Shown: positions 8,716-19,567, counted from the stretch's first letter. The stretch: 52,315 nt of DNA from Minisyncoccota bacterium (GCA_031972855.1 DALYDY010000005.1:1-52315), one strand, 5' to 3'. Numbers and translations: made by a program. The notes: generated from the letters alone by a model not told the origin.

Positions 8716-9240
8716 TTATTCTTTTCTAAAATCTCCAATTGCGTTTGACGGCTGATTTGATGGAAAAAAGTCGTGCTTTACTTTTACCTCGGCAGCTTGC
8801 TTTTGAACTTCGATAGCACTTTGAATTATCCTCTCGTGCTTGCTTTGGCCACGGCTCAAAACCTTCTCTTTTTTCTCGATTTGCACAATCGATTGTTTTT
8901 TTCTTGGCAACTCCAGAATCCTTTGTTTTTTGAGTTCATAGAAAACGTGATAGTTCACATATTCCGGTGTCTCAAATTCATTCAGATCTGTGATTGTTTC
9001 GTAAAGATCTTTTACGTGTTCGAAAAGGTCTTTAGGAATAAAATCAAGAGAAGTTCTCTTCATTCTTCTTGCAATATCATCTACGATGATTGTTCCGGCG
9101 GGGTTAAGTGGAATAAATACTCCACAAAACATGGTGGCAAAGAAAGATACTCCATTATATTGGAATAAAAAACTTTGGAATGCTGGGTTTTTTAACCTCA
9201 AGCAGCCATTCTTCCTTAAAGGGTTGTTGTTCGCGCTCAT
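8716..9240 (-). CDS. Hypothetical protein (start reassigned to MSANNN at 9240)
   Basis: Fills the gap between convergent and divergent genes; the longer upstream start overlaps the next gene and promoter. Confidence 0.55.
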   Translation of the reverse strand: MSANNNPLRKNGCLRLKNPAFQSFLFQYNGVSFFATMFCGVFIPLNPAGTIIVDDIARRMKRTSLDFIPKDLFEHVKDLYETITDLNEFETPEYVNYHVFYELKKQRILELPRKKQSIVQIEKKEKVLSRGQSKHERIIQSAIEVQKQAAEVKVKHDFFPSNQPSNAIGDFRKE

Positions 9241-9338
9241 TTTTATTCGGTTTTTATTGTTTATACTATTATATACCATATTAAATATTTTGTCAATACT
9301 ATAAAAACCCTTATATTTTATGATATAATCTATCTCTA

Positions 9339-9911
9339 ATGTCTTCTGAAATAATAAAAAAAGCAAAAAAGGTATTTTCTGGTGTAATCTGGGATATTTA
9401 TCAATGGGAACAAGAAATGTTTGATGGAAGTTTCAAGACTTTTGAAATGGCTTATAGACATAATGCTGTTGCAATCATTCCTATAGTTGGAGATAAGATA
9501 TTGATGCAAAAAGAAAGACATCCTCATTGGACTGAAGCAAAGCTCGCAATACCGGCAGGTGAGTCAGATCATCCTGGTATTCCTCCAATTGAAGACGCAA
9601 AGAGAGAACTCCTCGAAGAGACAGGATATGTTTCTGATAATTGGATATTATGGAAAGAGACTACAGAAAGTCAAAAATTACATTGGCCAATACGTGTATT
9701 CATTGCGCGTGATTGTGTTGACACAGGCAAGACGAATCCAGACGCGGGTGGTGAACAAATAGAGACAATGCTTGTTGATTTTGATGAGTTTCTTAAACTC
9801 GTTGTTTTTGATAAAAGTTTTAGAAACAAAGAAATTGTTCCTGACTGTATTCATGCTTTTTATAATAAAGAAAAATATCAAGAACTAAAAGAAATATTTT
9901 TTGGAAAATAA
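9339..9911 (+). CDS. NUDIX hydrolase, ADP-ribose pyrophosphatase-like
   Basis: Nudix box AGESDHPGIPPIEDAKRELLEETG; C-terminal E-Q-I-E. Confidence 0.9.
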   Translation: MSSEIIKKAKKVFSGVIWDIYQWEQEMFDGSFKTFEMAYRHNAVAIIPIVGDKILMQKERHPHWTEAKLAIPAGESDHPGIPPIEDAKRELLEETGYVSDNWILWKETTESQKLHWPIRVFIARDCVDTGKTNPDAGGEQIETMLVDFDEFLKLVVFDKSFRNKEIVPDCIHAFYNKEKYQELKEIFFGK

Positions 9912-10483
9912 TGCATCATATTCATCATACACATGCATTTGTTATTTCTCACAAAGATTTGGGTGAAGCAAATCGTCTCTACACTATTTTTACAAAAGAA
10001 CTCGGAATGGTTATTGCTACCGCTCAAGGCGTAAGAAAAATGTCTTCAAAATTACGTTTCACTCTTCAGAGTGGTTCCTATGTAAAAATAGATTTTGTTA
10101 GAGGAAAAGAAATGTGGAGAATAACAAGTGCTCAACCAATAGAATCTTTAGACACAAAAGATACTTCTAGAATTATTGTCTGGAATAGAATTCTAGGACT
10201 TCTCTCACGTCTTACTCAAGGTGAAGAATCACATCCACAAGTTTTTTCTCATATATTTAATTTTTTTGAAAATATAAAAAATATAAATGAAGAAGATTTA
10301 GCAAATTTTGAAATTATTTGTTTTATAAAACTTCTTTTCTCTTTTGGATATTGGGAAATAATAGAAGGGGATGAGCTTATTGTGACTAGTTCTTATAATA
10401 AAGAAATTTTTGATTTAATAAATAAAAAAAGAGTGGTTCTTGTCTCTCGAATTAATAATTCACTAAATGCTTCACAATTGTAA
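9911..10483 (+). CDS. recO: DNA repair protein RecO
   Basis: N-terminal OB fold DLGEANRLYTIFTKELGMV.A.AQGVRK..SKLR. Confidence 0.9.
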   Translation: MHHIHHTHAFVISHKDLGEANRLYTIFTKELGMVIATAQGVRKMSSKLRFTLQSGSYVKIDFVRGKEMWRITSAQPIESLDTKDTSRIIVWNRILGLLSRLTQGEESHPQVFSHIFNFFENIKNINEEDLANFEIICFIKLLFSFGYWEIIEGDELIVTSSYNKEIFDLINKKRVVLVSRINNSLNASQL

Positions 10484-10513
10484 TTGTCTTGTCGTGCTAT
10501 AATTCATAGTATT

Positions 10514-12382
10514 ATGGCAGACAATTTAGATCATATTGAAGAATTAAAAAAGAGGCTTTTTATGGCGAAAGACGAAAAGTCTATCCCTGAACTTCGCGAA
10601 CATACTCTTCATAATCCACGTTATCAAGTTGCCAAAAAATGGACCAAAGAAACTATTAACACAACAACCAAAATTATGTCACATGGCTCAATGTTCAAAA
10701 AGTTTTTTGTAGTATCACTACTCTTGTTTTTGGGTGCAGCTTCATTTTTTGCCTTCACCTTTCTAAAAGGAAATAATACTGTTTCAAATGATAATATAGA
10801 AGTTTCTATTTTAGGAAATGCTTTCACAAAAGGAGGTGACCAGCTGCCTATAAATGTATCTATTACAAATAAAAATAAAAGCCAAATTTCTGGAGTTGAT
10901 TTGGTTGTTTCTTATCCAAAAGGAAGTGGAACAAATGACACTTCTGAATATGTCAGACTTAGAAAGACAATAGGAACAATAGAATCAGGAGAAACAAAAA
11001 GTGAGCCATACACACTAGTGTTGTATGGTGAGCAAGGTACTGTAAAAAATATAACAGCATCTATAGAATATCGTGTTTCTGGGTCTAATGCTCTTTTTAT
11101 AAAAGATGCATCATTCACTGTTACACTTTCTGAAGCACCTCTCTCACTTTTAGTTGACGCTCCAGAAATGATTGGCTCAAATCAAGAATACAATCTATCA
11201 ATAACAACAACTCTAAATGCAGATACTTTAAGTAAAGATATGGTTTTGGTTGTGGCTTATCCACCAGGATTTTCTTATACAAATGCAAGTCAAAGTCCAA
11301 TGGTTGGGAATAATGTTTTTGATTTGGGAGATTTGAAACAAGGAGTTCCAAAAACAATAACAATAAAAGGCAATCTTGTGGGTCTTGATAAAGAAGAAAG
11401 ATCTTTCCAGATATATGCAGGTGAACAAAATAAAGACAATCAGTCTGCAATAGGTGTTATATATAATTCATTGCTTCAAAACGTGATGATAACTAGACCT
11501 TTTCTAGATGCGCATCTTACTATAAATGGAGAAGATAAGCCTGTTTATTCTGTGAGTGGTTCTACTCCAATAAATGCTCAAATAGTTTGGTCAAACAATG
11601 CAATAACTCGTATTACCGGTGCTCAAGTCAGTCTTCAATTTAATGGACAAGCTTTAGATAAGGATTCTGTTATAGTTCCAAATGGTAGATATGACGCTCG
11701 AAACAATCTTATAGTTTGGGATGCAGATACAGTACCAGAATTTGTTGCCCTTGAACCAGGAGCAACAGGAACTCTTCCTTTTACAATTAGTGCAAAAAAT
11801 ATTTCAGGAACATCACTAAATTCAGAAATACAAATGACTGTCGGTATAAGAGGTGAGCAATCAGGTGATGGTATTGGACAACAAACAATTTCAAGTGTAG
11901 ACAAAAAGACTCTTCGTTTTGGTGTTGATTTTCAAATTGCACAAAGTGTTAGTTTCTTACAAGGTCCATTCAAAAATTCAGGTACAAATCCTCCAAAGAA
12001 AGGAGCTGAAACAACCTATACTGTTAATTGGACACTCTCTCCTGTAGAAAATGTTGTGACAGGTGCCATAGCTAAAGCAGTACTTCCTATTGGTGTGAGA
12101 TGGGTTGCTAAGACTTCTCCAGCTTTGGAAAAAATATCATTTAATCCAAGTACTCGAGAAGTTATTTGGGATATTGGAACTGTTAAAAAATCTACAAGCA
12201 ATCTCGTTCGTCAGGTTTCTTTCCAGGTTGGGGTAACACCTTCAGCTTTTGATACAGAAACAACCACTCTTTTGATGGGTGAATTAAATGTTACAGGCAC
12301 AGATACATATACAGGATCATCTGTTAAAAATACAAAAAGAGAATTAAATACTAGAATTGTCGATGGGAAAACTTCTAATTAA
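10514..12382 (+). CDS. Membrane-anchored extracellular protein with tandem Ig-like (DUF11-like) domains
   Basis: One TM (FFVVSLLLFLGAASFFAF) followed by beta-rich repeats; start placed at MADNL. Confidence 0.75.
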   Translation: MADNLDHIEELKKRLFMAKDEKSIPELREHTLHNPRYQVAKKWTKETINTTTKIMSHGSMFKKFFVVSLLLFLGAASFFAFTFLKGNNTVSNDNIEVSILGNAFTKGGDQLPINVSITNKNKSQISGVDLVVSYPKGSGTNDTSEYVRLRKTIGTIESGETKSEPYTLVLYGEQGTVKNITASIEYRVSGSNALFIKDASFTVTLSEAPLSLLVDAPEMIGSNQEYNLSITTTLNADTLSKDMVLVVAYPPGFSYTNASQSPMVGNNVFDLGDLKQGVPKTITIKGNLVGLDKEERSFQIYAGEQNKDNQSAIGVIYNSLLQNVMITRPFLDAHLTINGEDKPVYSVSGSTPINAQIVWSNNAITRITGAQVSLQFNGQALDKDSVIVPNGRYDARNNLIVWDADTVPEFVALEPGATGTLPFTISAKNISGTSLNSEIQMTVGIRGEQSGDGIGQQTISSVDKKTLRFGVDFQIAQSVSFLQGPFKNSGTNPPKKGAETTYTVNWTLSPVENVVTGAIAKAVLPIGVRWVAKTSPALEKISFNPSTREVIWDIGTVKKSTSNLVRQVSFQVGVTPSAFDTETTTLLMGELNVTGTDTYTGSSVKNTKRELNTRIVDGKTSN

Positions 12383-12401
12383 TATGGTATAAAAGAAAGA
12401 T

Positions 12402-14015
12402 ATGGAAAAAGATAGTGTTTTAATGGAAAAGATTATATCTCTCGCAAAGCGCCGAGGCTTTATTTATCAAGGTTCCGATATATATGGAGGTCTTGCTGGT
12501 ACTTGGGACTATGGCCATCTTGGGGTTGCTTTGAAGAATAATATAAAAGGCCTTTGGTGGAAAAAGTTCGTAGATGACCGTCGTGATATGTATGGCGTTG
12601 ATGCTGCAATTCTTATGCATCCAGGTGTATGGAAGGCTAGTGGCCACGTGGATACATTTACTGATCCTCTTGTTGAATGTACAAAATGTAAAAAGAGATT
12701 TCGTGCAGATACTTTAATTGAAAACATGAATGATTTTATTGAATTAAAATTTTCAATAAATAATTTTATTATAAAATTTCTTAATTCAATGGATCCTGAT
12801 TTTGAGGAACTTTTTTCTGATATAAATTCAATAAAAAAACTAGAAGAAAAAAAGTTAACAGATGAAGAAAAACAAAATTTAGAGATTGCTCTAACTCCAA
12901 TAAGAAACGATGTCGATAACAGAATTAAATCTATAAGAGAAAAATTAGATAAAGTTAAATATATAAATGAAGAATTAGATAAATCTAAAAAATATACTGG
13001 AAATGTTGTTAAGATATATTTAGATAAATTTGTTCTTTGTCCTGAAAAGACTTGTAAGGCTCATGAATCTTGGACTGTTCCTAGGGATTTCAATATGATG
13101 TTTCAAACACAAATTGGAGCAGTAGAAGATTCTTCTGCGACAGTGTACCTTCGTCCAGAAACAGCTCAAGGGATGTTTGTAAACTTCAAAAATGTTGTAG
13201 ATTCATTCCATCCAAAACTTCCTTTTGGTACAGCTCAAATAGGTAAGGCTTTCCGCAATGAAATCACTCCTCGTGACTTCATCTTTCGTGTACGTGAATT
13301 CGAACAAATGGAAATCGAATATTTTATCCGTGAAAATGATTGGGAAAAACAATTTGAATATTGGAAAGATGAAATGATTGAATGGATGGATATTGTAGGT
13401 ATTGATCAATCAAAAGTTCACGAGCTCGAAGTAGAAAAGGAAGACCTTGCTCACTATTCACGTAGAACAGTAGACTTCGAATTTGATTTTCCTTTTGGAA
13501 GAAAAGAATTGTACGGTCTTGCATATCGCACAAACTTTGATTTGAATATTCACAAGCTTGAATATGTTGATGAAGAAAATGCTCAGAAGATGACACCTCA
13601 TGTAATCGAACCATCGTTTGGTCTTGATAGAACAGTCCTCGCAGTATTACTCAGCGCTTATAATGAAGAAGAAAAGGAAGAAGATACTCGTGTATTTTTG
13701 AAACTCAAACCAAGTGTAGCACCTGTGATTTGTGCTGTGTCTCCACTTTTGAAAAATAAACCAGAACTCGTAGGAAAAGCTGAAGAAGTTTTTGGAACAC
13801 TCAAAAAAGAATTCGGACGTGTAATGTGGGACGATAATGGAAACATAGGGAAGCGCTATCGTAGACAAGATGAGATAGGTACACCGTGGTGTATTGTTAT
13901 CGACTTCGATTCTCTCACAGATAATACAGTTACAATCCGCGACCGCGATACTGGATCTCAAATCCGCCTCCCAGGTTCTGAATTGGTAGGGTATATAAAA
14001 GATAAATTAAGTTAA
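12402..14015 (+). CDS. glyQS: Glycine--tRNA ligase, homodimeric class II type, with an expanded insertion domain
   Basis: LAKRRGF, YLRPETAQG, FRNEITP, REFEQME, IEPSFG and IGKRYRRQDEIGTP motifs. Confidence 0.97.
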   Translation: MEKDSVLMEKIISLAKRRGFIYQGSDIYGGLAGTWDYGHLGVALKNNIKGLWWKKFVDDRRDMYGVDAAILMHPGVWKASGHVDTFTDPLVECTKCKKRFRADTLIENMNDFIELKFSINNFIIKFLNSMDPDFEELFSDINSIKKLEEKKLTDEEKQNLEIALTPIRNDVDNRIKSIREKLDKVKYINEELDKSKKYTGNVVKIYLDKFVLCPEKTCKAHESWTVPRDFNMMFQTQIGAVEDSSATVYLRPETAQGMFVNFKNVVDSFHPKLPFGTAQIGKAFRNEITPRDFIFRVREFEQMEIEYFIRENDWEKQFEYWKDEMIEWMDIVGIDQSKVHELEVEKEDLAHYSRRTVDFEFDFPFGRKELYGLAYRTNFDLNIHKLEYVDEENAQKMTPHVIEPSFGLDRTVLAVLLSAYNEEEKEEDTRVFLKLKPSVAPVICAVSPLLKNKPELVGKAEEVFGTLKKEFGRVMWDDNGNIGKRYRRQDEIGTPWCIVIDFDSLTDNTVTIRDRDTGSQIRLPGSELVGYIKDKLS

Positions 14016-14045
14016 ACAAAAAACTCCCTTTTGGGAGTTTTTTGT
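14016..14045 (+). terminator. Intrinsic terminator after glyQS
   Basis: acaaaaaactccc-tttt-gggagttttttgt. Confidence 0.75.
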
Positions 14046-14074
14046 TTAATAAATATAATGGTATTATAGATATT

Positions 14075-15139
14075 ATGACAGATCGCCCAATAAATATATC
14101 TATTACAACAGGAACAGTCGTAAAAACGATTCTTATTATAGGTCTTTTTGCAGCTGCTTTTTTATTAAAAAATGTTTTACTTGTTGTTTTGACTGCTATT
14201 GTCATAGCTTCTTTTGTAGAAGTTATTTCAAACAAACTAAAGAAAAAATATAAGATTCCAAGACAAGTTGTTGTTTCTGTGGTTTTCTCTTTAATGCTTT
14301 TGATAATAGGTACTCTTGCATACTTTATCGTACCTCTTTTCTTGGACCAAGTTTCAACATTACTAAGCCAAATCTCAAAAGCTCTACCAAATGTAGAATT
14401 TCTAAAACCATTTCAAAGTAAATCTTTTATTCTTGGGGCTCAAAAATTTGTTGATGGTATAGGAAATGATGCTCCTATAACAGATGTTATATCTGGTTCA
14501 AGAACTTTTATTACATATATATCTACAACTTTATTTGATTCAGTTTCTAGTATTTTTGGAGGTCTTGTAAACTTAGTAATTCTTCTTGTAATATCATTCT
14601 ACTTATCTATGCAAGAAAGAGGAGTGGAGAGTTTTTTGAGACTTGTAACGCCTTTGAAATATGAACCATACGTTCTCGATCTTTGGGAGAGAACAGAAAT
14701 AAAAATTGCTGGTTGGGTGCAAGGTCAACTTGTCCTTGGGCTTATTATCGGAGTTTTGACTTTTGTAGGACTTTCTATTATTGGTGTTCCTTATTCACTT
14801 CTACTTGCACTTATTGCCGCTGTAATGGAACTTGTACCTTTTGGACTTATATTTGCTGTTATTTCTGCTGTAGCTGTCGCTCTCATTGAAGGTGGTTTCT
14901 CTACAGGATTTATAGTCTTGTTGTTTTATATTATTATTCAACAATTAGAAAATTATTTGATCGCTCCAATTCTAACAAAAAAGACAACAGGAGTCTCTCC
15001 TCTTATTGTTATTATATCTCTTCTTGTTGGAGCTCAGCTCGCTGGATTTTGGGGAATAATACTTGCTGTACCAGGTGCCGTACTTGTTCTTGAAATATTA
15101 GACGATTACGAAAAGAAAAAGCTTCCTAATAGAACTTAA
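14075..15139 (+). CDS. AI-2E family (PerM-like) transporter
   Basis: Multi-TM; ELVPFG, IQQLENYLIAP and GFWGIILAVP motifs; start at MTDRP. Confidence 0.9.
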   Translation: MTDRPINISITTGTVVKTILIIGLFAAAFLLKNVLLVVLTAIVIASFVEVISNKLKKKYKIPRQVVVSVVFSLMLLIIGTLAYFIVPLFLDQVSTLLSQISKALPNVEFLKPFQSKSFILGAQKFVDGIGNDAPITDVISGSRTFITYISTTLFDSVSSIFGGLVNLVILLVISFYLSMQERGVESFLRLVTPLKYEPYVLDLWERTEIKIAGWVQGQLVLGLIIGVLTFVGLSIIGVPYSLLLALIAAVMELVPFGLIFAVISAVAVALIEGGFSTGFIVLLFYIIIQQLENYLIAPILTKKTTGVSPLIVIISLLVGAQLAGFWGIILAVPGAVLVLEILDDYEKKKLPNRT

Positions 15140-15143
15140 TAAT

Positions 15144-16595
15144 ATGAGTGAAAAAAATAAAAATTTTTATATAACTACGACTTTGCCGTACGTGAATGCT
15201 GATCCGCACGTTGGTTTTGCTATGGAATTTATTCGTGCTGATGTTATTGCGAGATGGAAAAAATCACAAGGATATAATGTATTTTTTAATACAGGTACAG
15301 ACGAACATGGTCAAAAGCTTTTTGAAGCAGCAAAAAAAGAAGGTGTAGATGTAAAAGACTATGTTGATAGTTATGCAGAAAAATTTAGAGGACTTAAAGA
15401 TTTACTTGGAATAACACAAGATGTTAATTTTATAAGAACAACAGACCAGAAGCATATACAAGCGGCACAAATATTTTGGAGATTGTGTAATCAAAATGGT
15501 TATATCTACAAGAAAACATATCAAGCAAAATATTGTGTAGGATGTGAACTTGAAAAGACAGATAGTGAGCTCGATGATGATGGGGAATGTCCTCTTCATA
15601 AGGGACGTAAGTTAGAGTTGATAGATGAAGAAAATTACTTTTTCAAGTGGAGTTCTTTCCAAAAACCCCTACTTGAATTCTATGAATCAAATCCAGATTT
15701 TGTTATCCCAGATTTTCGTTTTAATGAAATAAAATCATTCGTAGAAAGAGGCCTTGAAGATTTTTCTATTTCTCGTTTGAAATCAAAAATGTCTTGGGGT
15801 ATTCCTGTTCCAGATGATGAGAATCATGTTATGTATGTATGGTTTGATGCTCTTGTAAATTACATATCAACTCTTGGTTGGCCAACTGAGTCAGAATTCA
15901 AAGATTTTTGGATATACGGTACGCCTGTTCAATATTGTGGTAAAGATAATCTACGTCAGCAGTCAGCTATGTGGCAATCAATGCTAATGGCTGCTGGAAT
16001 TCCAAACTCTCACAGGATTATTGTGGATGGATTTATAACGGGGGATGGAGGTATTAAGATGTCTAAGTCAATTGGAAACGTTATCAATCCTTATGATGTT
16101 GTGGAAGAATATGGTACAGATGCCCTCCGATTTTTCTTGCTAAAAGAAATATCATCATTTGAAGACTCACCATTTACAATGGATAGATTTAAAGCTTCTT
16201 ATAATGCAAATCTTGCAAATGGTATAGGTAATCTAACATCACGTCTTTTGAATATGGTTTCTTCTTATGGAGTTTCTATTGATCATATAAAGTTTGAATC
16301 ACTTGCAAATGATGAAATAGAAAAAGCTTATAATGAATTTGATATTGCAAAGGTGATGAATATTGTATGGGCTGAAATAAATGCGCTTGATAAATTTATA
16401 CAAGAGACAGAACCCTTTAAGACTATTAAGACAGACGAAGATAAAGCACGTAGTGATCTAAAATACGCAATACTTCGCTTATCTCATATTGCAGTAACAC
16501 TCGCTCCACTTCTTCCAGAAACATCAGAAAAAATAATAAATTTAATTAAAGAAAACAAAAAACCAGAACAACCTCTATTTTTGAGGAAAGAGTAA
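15144..16595 (+). CDS. metG: Methionine--tRNA ligase, short form
   Basis: YVNADPHVG, GTDEHGQK, YCVGCE..CPLH knuckle, YVWFDAL and KMSKS. Confidence 0.97.
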   Translation: MSEKNKNFYITTTLPYVNADPHVGFAMEFIRADVIARWKKSQGYNVFFNTGTDEHGQKLFEAAKKEGVDVKDYVDSYAEKFRGLKDLLGITQDVNFIRTTDQKHIQAAQIFWRLCNQNGYIYKKTYQAKYCVGCELEKTDSELDDDGECPLHKGRKLELIDEENYFFKWSSFQKPLLEFYESNPDFVIPDFRFNEIKSFVERGLEDFSISRLKSKMSWGIPVPDDENHVMYVWFDALVNYISTLGWPTESEFKDFWIYGTPVQYCGKDNLRQQSAMWQSMLMAAGIPNSHRIIVDGFITGDGGIKMSKSIGNVINPYDVVEEYGTDALRFFLLKEISSFEDSPFTMDRFKASYNANLANGIGNLTSRLLNMVSSYGVSIDHIKFESLANDEIEKAYNEFDIAKVMNIVWAEINALDKFIQETEPFKTIKTDEDKARSDLKYAILRLSHIAVTLAPLLPETSEKIINLIKENKKPEQPLFLRKE

Positions 16596-16621
16596 AAAGT
16601 AGATAGTATACTAGAAAATAC

Positions 16622-16687
16622 AACAAAAAAGTGGGACCCGAAGGGTCCCACTTTTTTGTTGACACAAATTTTATTTATTGGTATAAA
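16622..16687 (+). terminator. Terminator whose U-tract overlaps the next promoter
   Basis: 18-bp arms aacaaaaaagtgggaccc/gggtcccacttttttgtt; TTGACA 16659-16664, 17-nt spacer, TATAAA 16682-16687. Confidence 0.75.
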
Positions 16688-16712
16688 TAGACAAATCAAA
16701 ATTAATTGAAAA

Positions 16713-17579
16713 ATGAAAAAAATACTACTAATTCTTGCAATTTTCATAGTGATTATTGCGAACGCAAAAGAAGCTCCACTTTTGGTAAAAACAAAAGTGC
16801 TTAAGGTTATTCCTAGAATTGAAAAAGGACAACTTTGGATTTTCCACAATATCCAAAGAGATATTGTTTCAGGAGACTCAATTCTTCATGAACAGCCTTT
16901 TACTAAATTGGTAAAAGTTGTTTATTGTGATAAAGATATTTTGTCGCGAGGCCCAATCATCCTTGCAAAAACTTATCGTAAGGGTGAGTGTGCTATTGGT
17001 GAAGAAGAAAATATTCATGTTGTTTTTAATCAAGAAGATAATTTCAGGAGTATAACCAAAACCTGGAATGAGACACATCTTGTTTATAATAAAAAACAAA
17101 ACAAGATACACTCACAAGTTGTTGATGCTTCAAAGATAACAAAAGATGATTTTATGGATTTTTTATATATTTTGTTAATTATTATTACAATAAATTCTTT
17201 TTTTCCAAAAAAAGAATTTCCATTTGTAATAAACGCAACTATAAGTGGGATCAGTGCTCTTTTTGCTCTTAGTGAGTACTTTATGAATGATTTTTCATTT
17301 ATATATGTTATATTTATCTTTTTAATATTTGCGTCAAACATTTCTATAATTAATTCTTTACAGAAAAAAGAATTTGAATTGTATAAAGTATTACCAGCAA
17401 ATCTTGTACCATTTGTTTTGGGTATACTGTGTTGTGCATTTAGTTTATTTCTACATACAGAATCAATGTTTATCACAGCAAGTATACTACAACCATTTGT
17501 ACTATTATTTCTTGGAACCTTCTTTGGTTTAGAGATTTATAAGTATATGAAGAAGAAAAATTTGATTTTTTCATTCTAA
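16713..17579 (+). CDS. Hypothetical membrane protein (signal peptide, soluble domain, ~4 C-terminal TM)
   Basis: MKK plus hydrophobic N-terminus ending ANA; hydrophobic C-terminal half; own promoter and terminator. Confidence 0.7.
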   Translation: MKKILLILAIFIVIIANAKEAPLLVKTKVLKVIPRIEKGQLWIFHNIQRDIVSGDSILHEQPFTKLVKVVYCDKDILSRGPIILAKTYRKGECAIGEEENIHVVFNQEDNFRSITKTWNETHLVYNKKQNKIHSQVVDASKITKDDFMDFLYILLIIITINSFFPKKEFPFVINATISGISALFALSEYFMNDFSFIYVIFIFLIFASNISIINSLQKKEFELYKVLPANLVPFVLGILCCAFSLFLHTESMFITASILQPFVLLFLGTFFGLEIYKYMKKKNLIFSF

Positions 17580-17621
17580 CCGCCTCGTGCGGTTTTTATT
17601 TTGTTTGTATATAATACATAT

Positions 17622-18458
17622 ATGAATTTTAACTATATAGACATTCACTCACATCTAAACTTTAAAGATTTTGATGAGGATAGAGAAAATGTAATACAAC
17701 AAATGAAAGATGAGGAAATCGCTACAATATCTGTGGGTACAGATCTTGCTTCATCTATAGAGGTAGTAAGGCTTTCAGAAATGCACGAGAATCTTTTTAC
17801 TTGTGTTGGTGTGCACCCCGCAGATTTACTATCGAAGATCCCGAGTATTGTCGAGGGGCAGACAGATGTATTGGAATCATCTTTTGATTATGAAAAATTT
17901 TTGGAATTAGCAAAACATCCGAAAGTTGTTGCAATAGGTGAATGTGGTTTTGATTATTTCCGTGACCAAAGCGAAGAGCTCAAGGTAAAGCAAAAAGAAA
18001 TTTTTGAAGCTCACATAAAACTAGCAATAGAAGTAGGGAAACCTCTTATGATCCACGCTCGCGCGAGTAAGGGTACGCAGGATGCATACCATGACACGCT
18101 CGATATTCTAGAATATTATCAAAAAGAGCATCCAGAACTCTGTGCAAATTTTCACTTTTTTGCAGGTGACGCTAGTGTGCTTGAGAGAATACTTAATATT
18201 GGCTGTACAGTCTCTTTTGATGGTCCTATTACATTTGCGAGGGATTATGATGAAGTTATACAAAAATGCTCTTATATGAGTATTATGGCTGAAACTGACA
18301 GCCCTTTTGCAGCACCCAATCCGTATAGAGGAAAAAGAAATAATCCTCTTTATGTAAAAGAGATATATAATAAAATAGCTGAAATTAGAGGTGAAAATGA
18401 GGAGCAGGTGAGAAATCAAATCAATCAAAATGCTCAAAAATTCTTTAATTTGCCATAG
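17622..18458 (+). CDS. tatD: TatD family deoxyribonuclease
   Basis: DIHSH, VGVHP, AIGECGFD, IHAR, FHFF and ETDSPF motifs; start at MNFNY. Confidence 0.93.
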   Translation: MNFNYIDIHSHLNFKDFDEDRENVIQQMKDEEIATISVGTDLASSIEVVRLSEMHENLFTCVGVHPADLLSKIPSIVEGQTDVLESSFDYEKFLELAKHPKVVAIGECGFDYFRDQSEELKVKQKEIFEAHIKLAIEVGKPLMIHARASKGTQDAYHDTLDILEYYQKEHPELCANFHFFAGDASVLERILNIGCTVSFDGPITFARDYDEVIQKCSYMSIMAETDSPFAAPNPYRGKRNNPLYVKEIYNKIAEIRGENEEQVRNQINQNAQKFFNLP

Positions 18459-18466
18459 TATTGTCT

Positions 18467-18508
18467 AACTGAAAAATCCTTTACAAAAAAGGATTTTTCA
18501 GTTATTAT
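18467..18508 (+). promoter_or_regulatory. Terminator hairpin overlapping the promoter of rpsF-ssb-rpsR
   Basis: 16-bp arms 18467-18482 and 18488-18503; TTTACA 18480-18485, 17-nt spacer, TATTAT 18503-18508. Confidence 0.6.
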
Positions 18509-18513
18509 ACATC

Positions 18514-18580
18514 CGTAGCCCCGTTCGATGTACCTCCCACAAATATAGGTATGTTGCATTAGTCCGAAACGTGGGTCTTA
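18514..18580 (+). promoter_or_regulatory. Probable S6:S18 autoregulatory leader RNA
   Basis: GC-richer structured leader (cccgttcg ... ccgaaacgtggg with inner gtacct/aggtat) directly upstream of rpsF. Confidence 0.45.
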
Positions 18581-18595
18581 AAAATTAATATTATT

Positions 18596-19093
18596 ATGTT
18601 AGAAAATGATAAAGCGCTTCGCGTATATGAATTTTCTTACCTACTAGTACCTTCTATTCCTGAGGAAGCTTTGGAAAAAAAGGTAGAAAGTATGAAAGAA
18701 AAAATCTTTGCGCAAGGCGGTGAGCTTATTTTAGAAGAAGCTCCAAAATTTATTACTCTTGCTTATGAAATGTCTCGTACAATTTCAAACAAGAAAACAC
18801 CTTTTATAAATGCATACTTTGGATGGATAAAGTTTGAAACAACTCCAGAAATAGGTGAGTCTCTAACTGCAATGTTTGAAAGAGATGAAGAAATAATTCG
18901 TTTCCTTTCAACTAAAACAGTTCGTGAAAACACTCTTGCTCCAAAGAAATTCACTGAAAAAGGAAATCCTCGCAAAAAAGAACAAGTATCTACTGATTCA
19001 GTAGAAGTTCCAGTAGAAACAGTAAATGAAGAAGCTCCTGTCGCACAAGAAGAAGTTTCAGTAGAAGAAACATTACCAACAGTAGAAGAATAA
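18596..19093 (+). CDS. rpsF: 30S ribosomal protein S6 with acidic C-terminal tail
   Basis: YEFSYLL, LAYEM and IIRFL motifs; rpsF-ssb-rpsR synteny. Confidence 0.93.
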   Translation: MLENDKALRVYEFSYLLVPSIPEEALEKKVESMKEKIFAQGGELILEEAPKFITLAYEMSRTISNKKTPFINAYFGWIKFETTPEIGESLTAMFERDEEIIRFLSTKTVRENTLAPKKFTEKGNPRKKEQVSTDSVEVPVETVNEEAPVAQEEVSVEETLPTVEE

Positions 19094-19105
19094 TTATTAC
19101 TCTAT

Positions 19106-19567
19106 ATGTACATCAACAAAGCAACAATTCTCGGTAACTTAACTCGTGATCCTGAAGTAAAATCAATTCCAACAGGTACAAAAGTAGCAACATTTTCTTT
19201 GGCAACAAATCGCACATGGAAAGATGCAGGAGGTGCTCGAAAAGATGCCTCTGAATATCACAACATAGTAGCATTTGGACGCCAAGCAGAATTGATCGGT
19301 CAATACGCAAAGAAAGGTAGTTCACTATATGTAGAAGGACGCTTACAAACACGAAGTTGGGATGATCCAAGTGGTCAAAAGAAATATCGTACAGAAATAA
19401 TTTTAGATAGTTTCCAATTTGGACCAAAATCTCAAGGGGGAACAGTCACTGATGCAGGTTCTAAACAATCAGTACAAAAAGAAATTCCTGGAACAGATAC
19501 AGAAGATTCATTTGATGCTATAGAATATCCAAACGAAGATATTAATGTTGATGATATTCCATTTTAA
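19106..19567 (+). CDS. ssb: Single-stranded DNA-binding protein
   Basis: [24 protein letters not shown] and C-terminal DDIPF. Confidence 0.97.
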   Translation: MYINKATILGNLTRDPEVKSIPTGTKVATFSLATNRTWKDAGGARKDASEYHNIVAFGRQAELIGQYAKKGSSLYVEGRLQTRSWDDPSGQKKYRTEIILDSFQFGPKSQGGTVTDAGSKQSVQKEIPGTDTEDSFDAIEYPNEDINVDDIPF

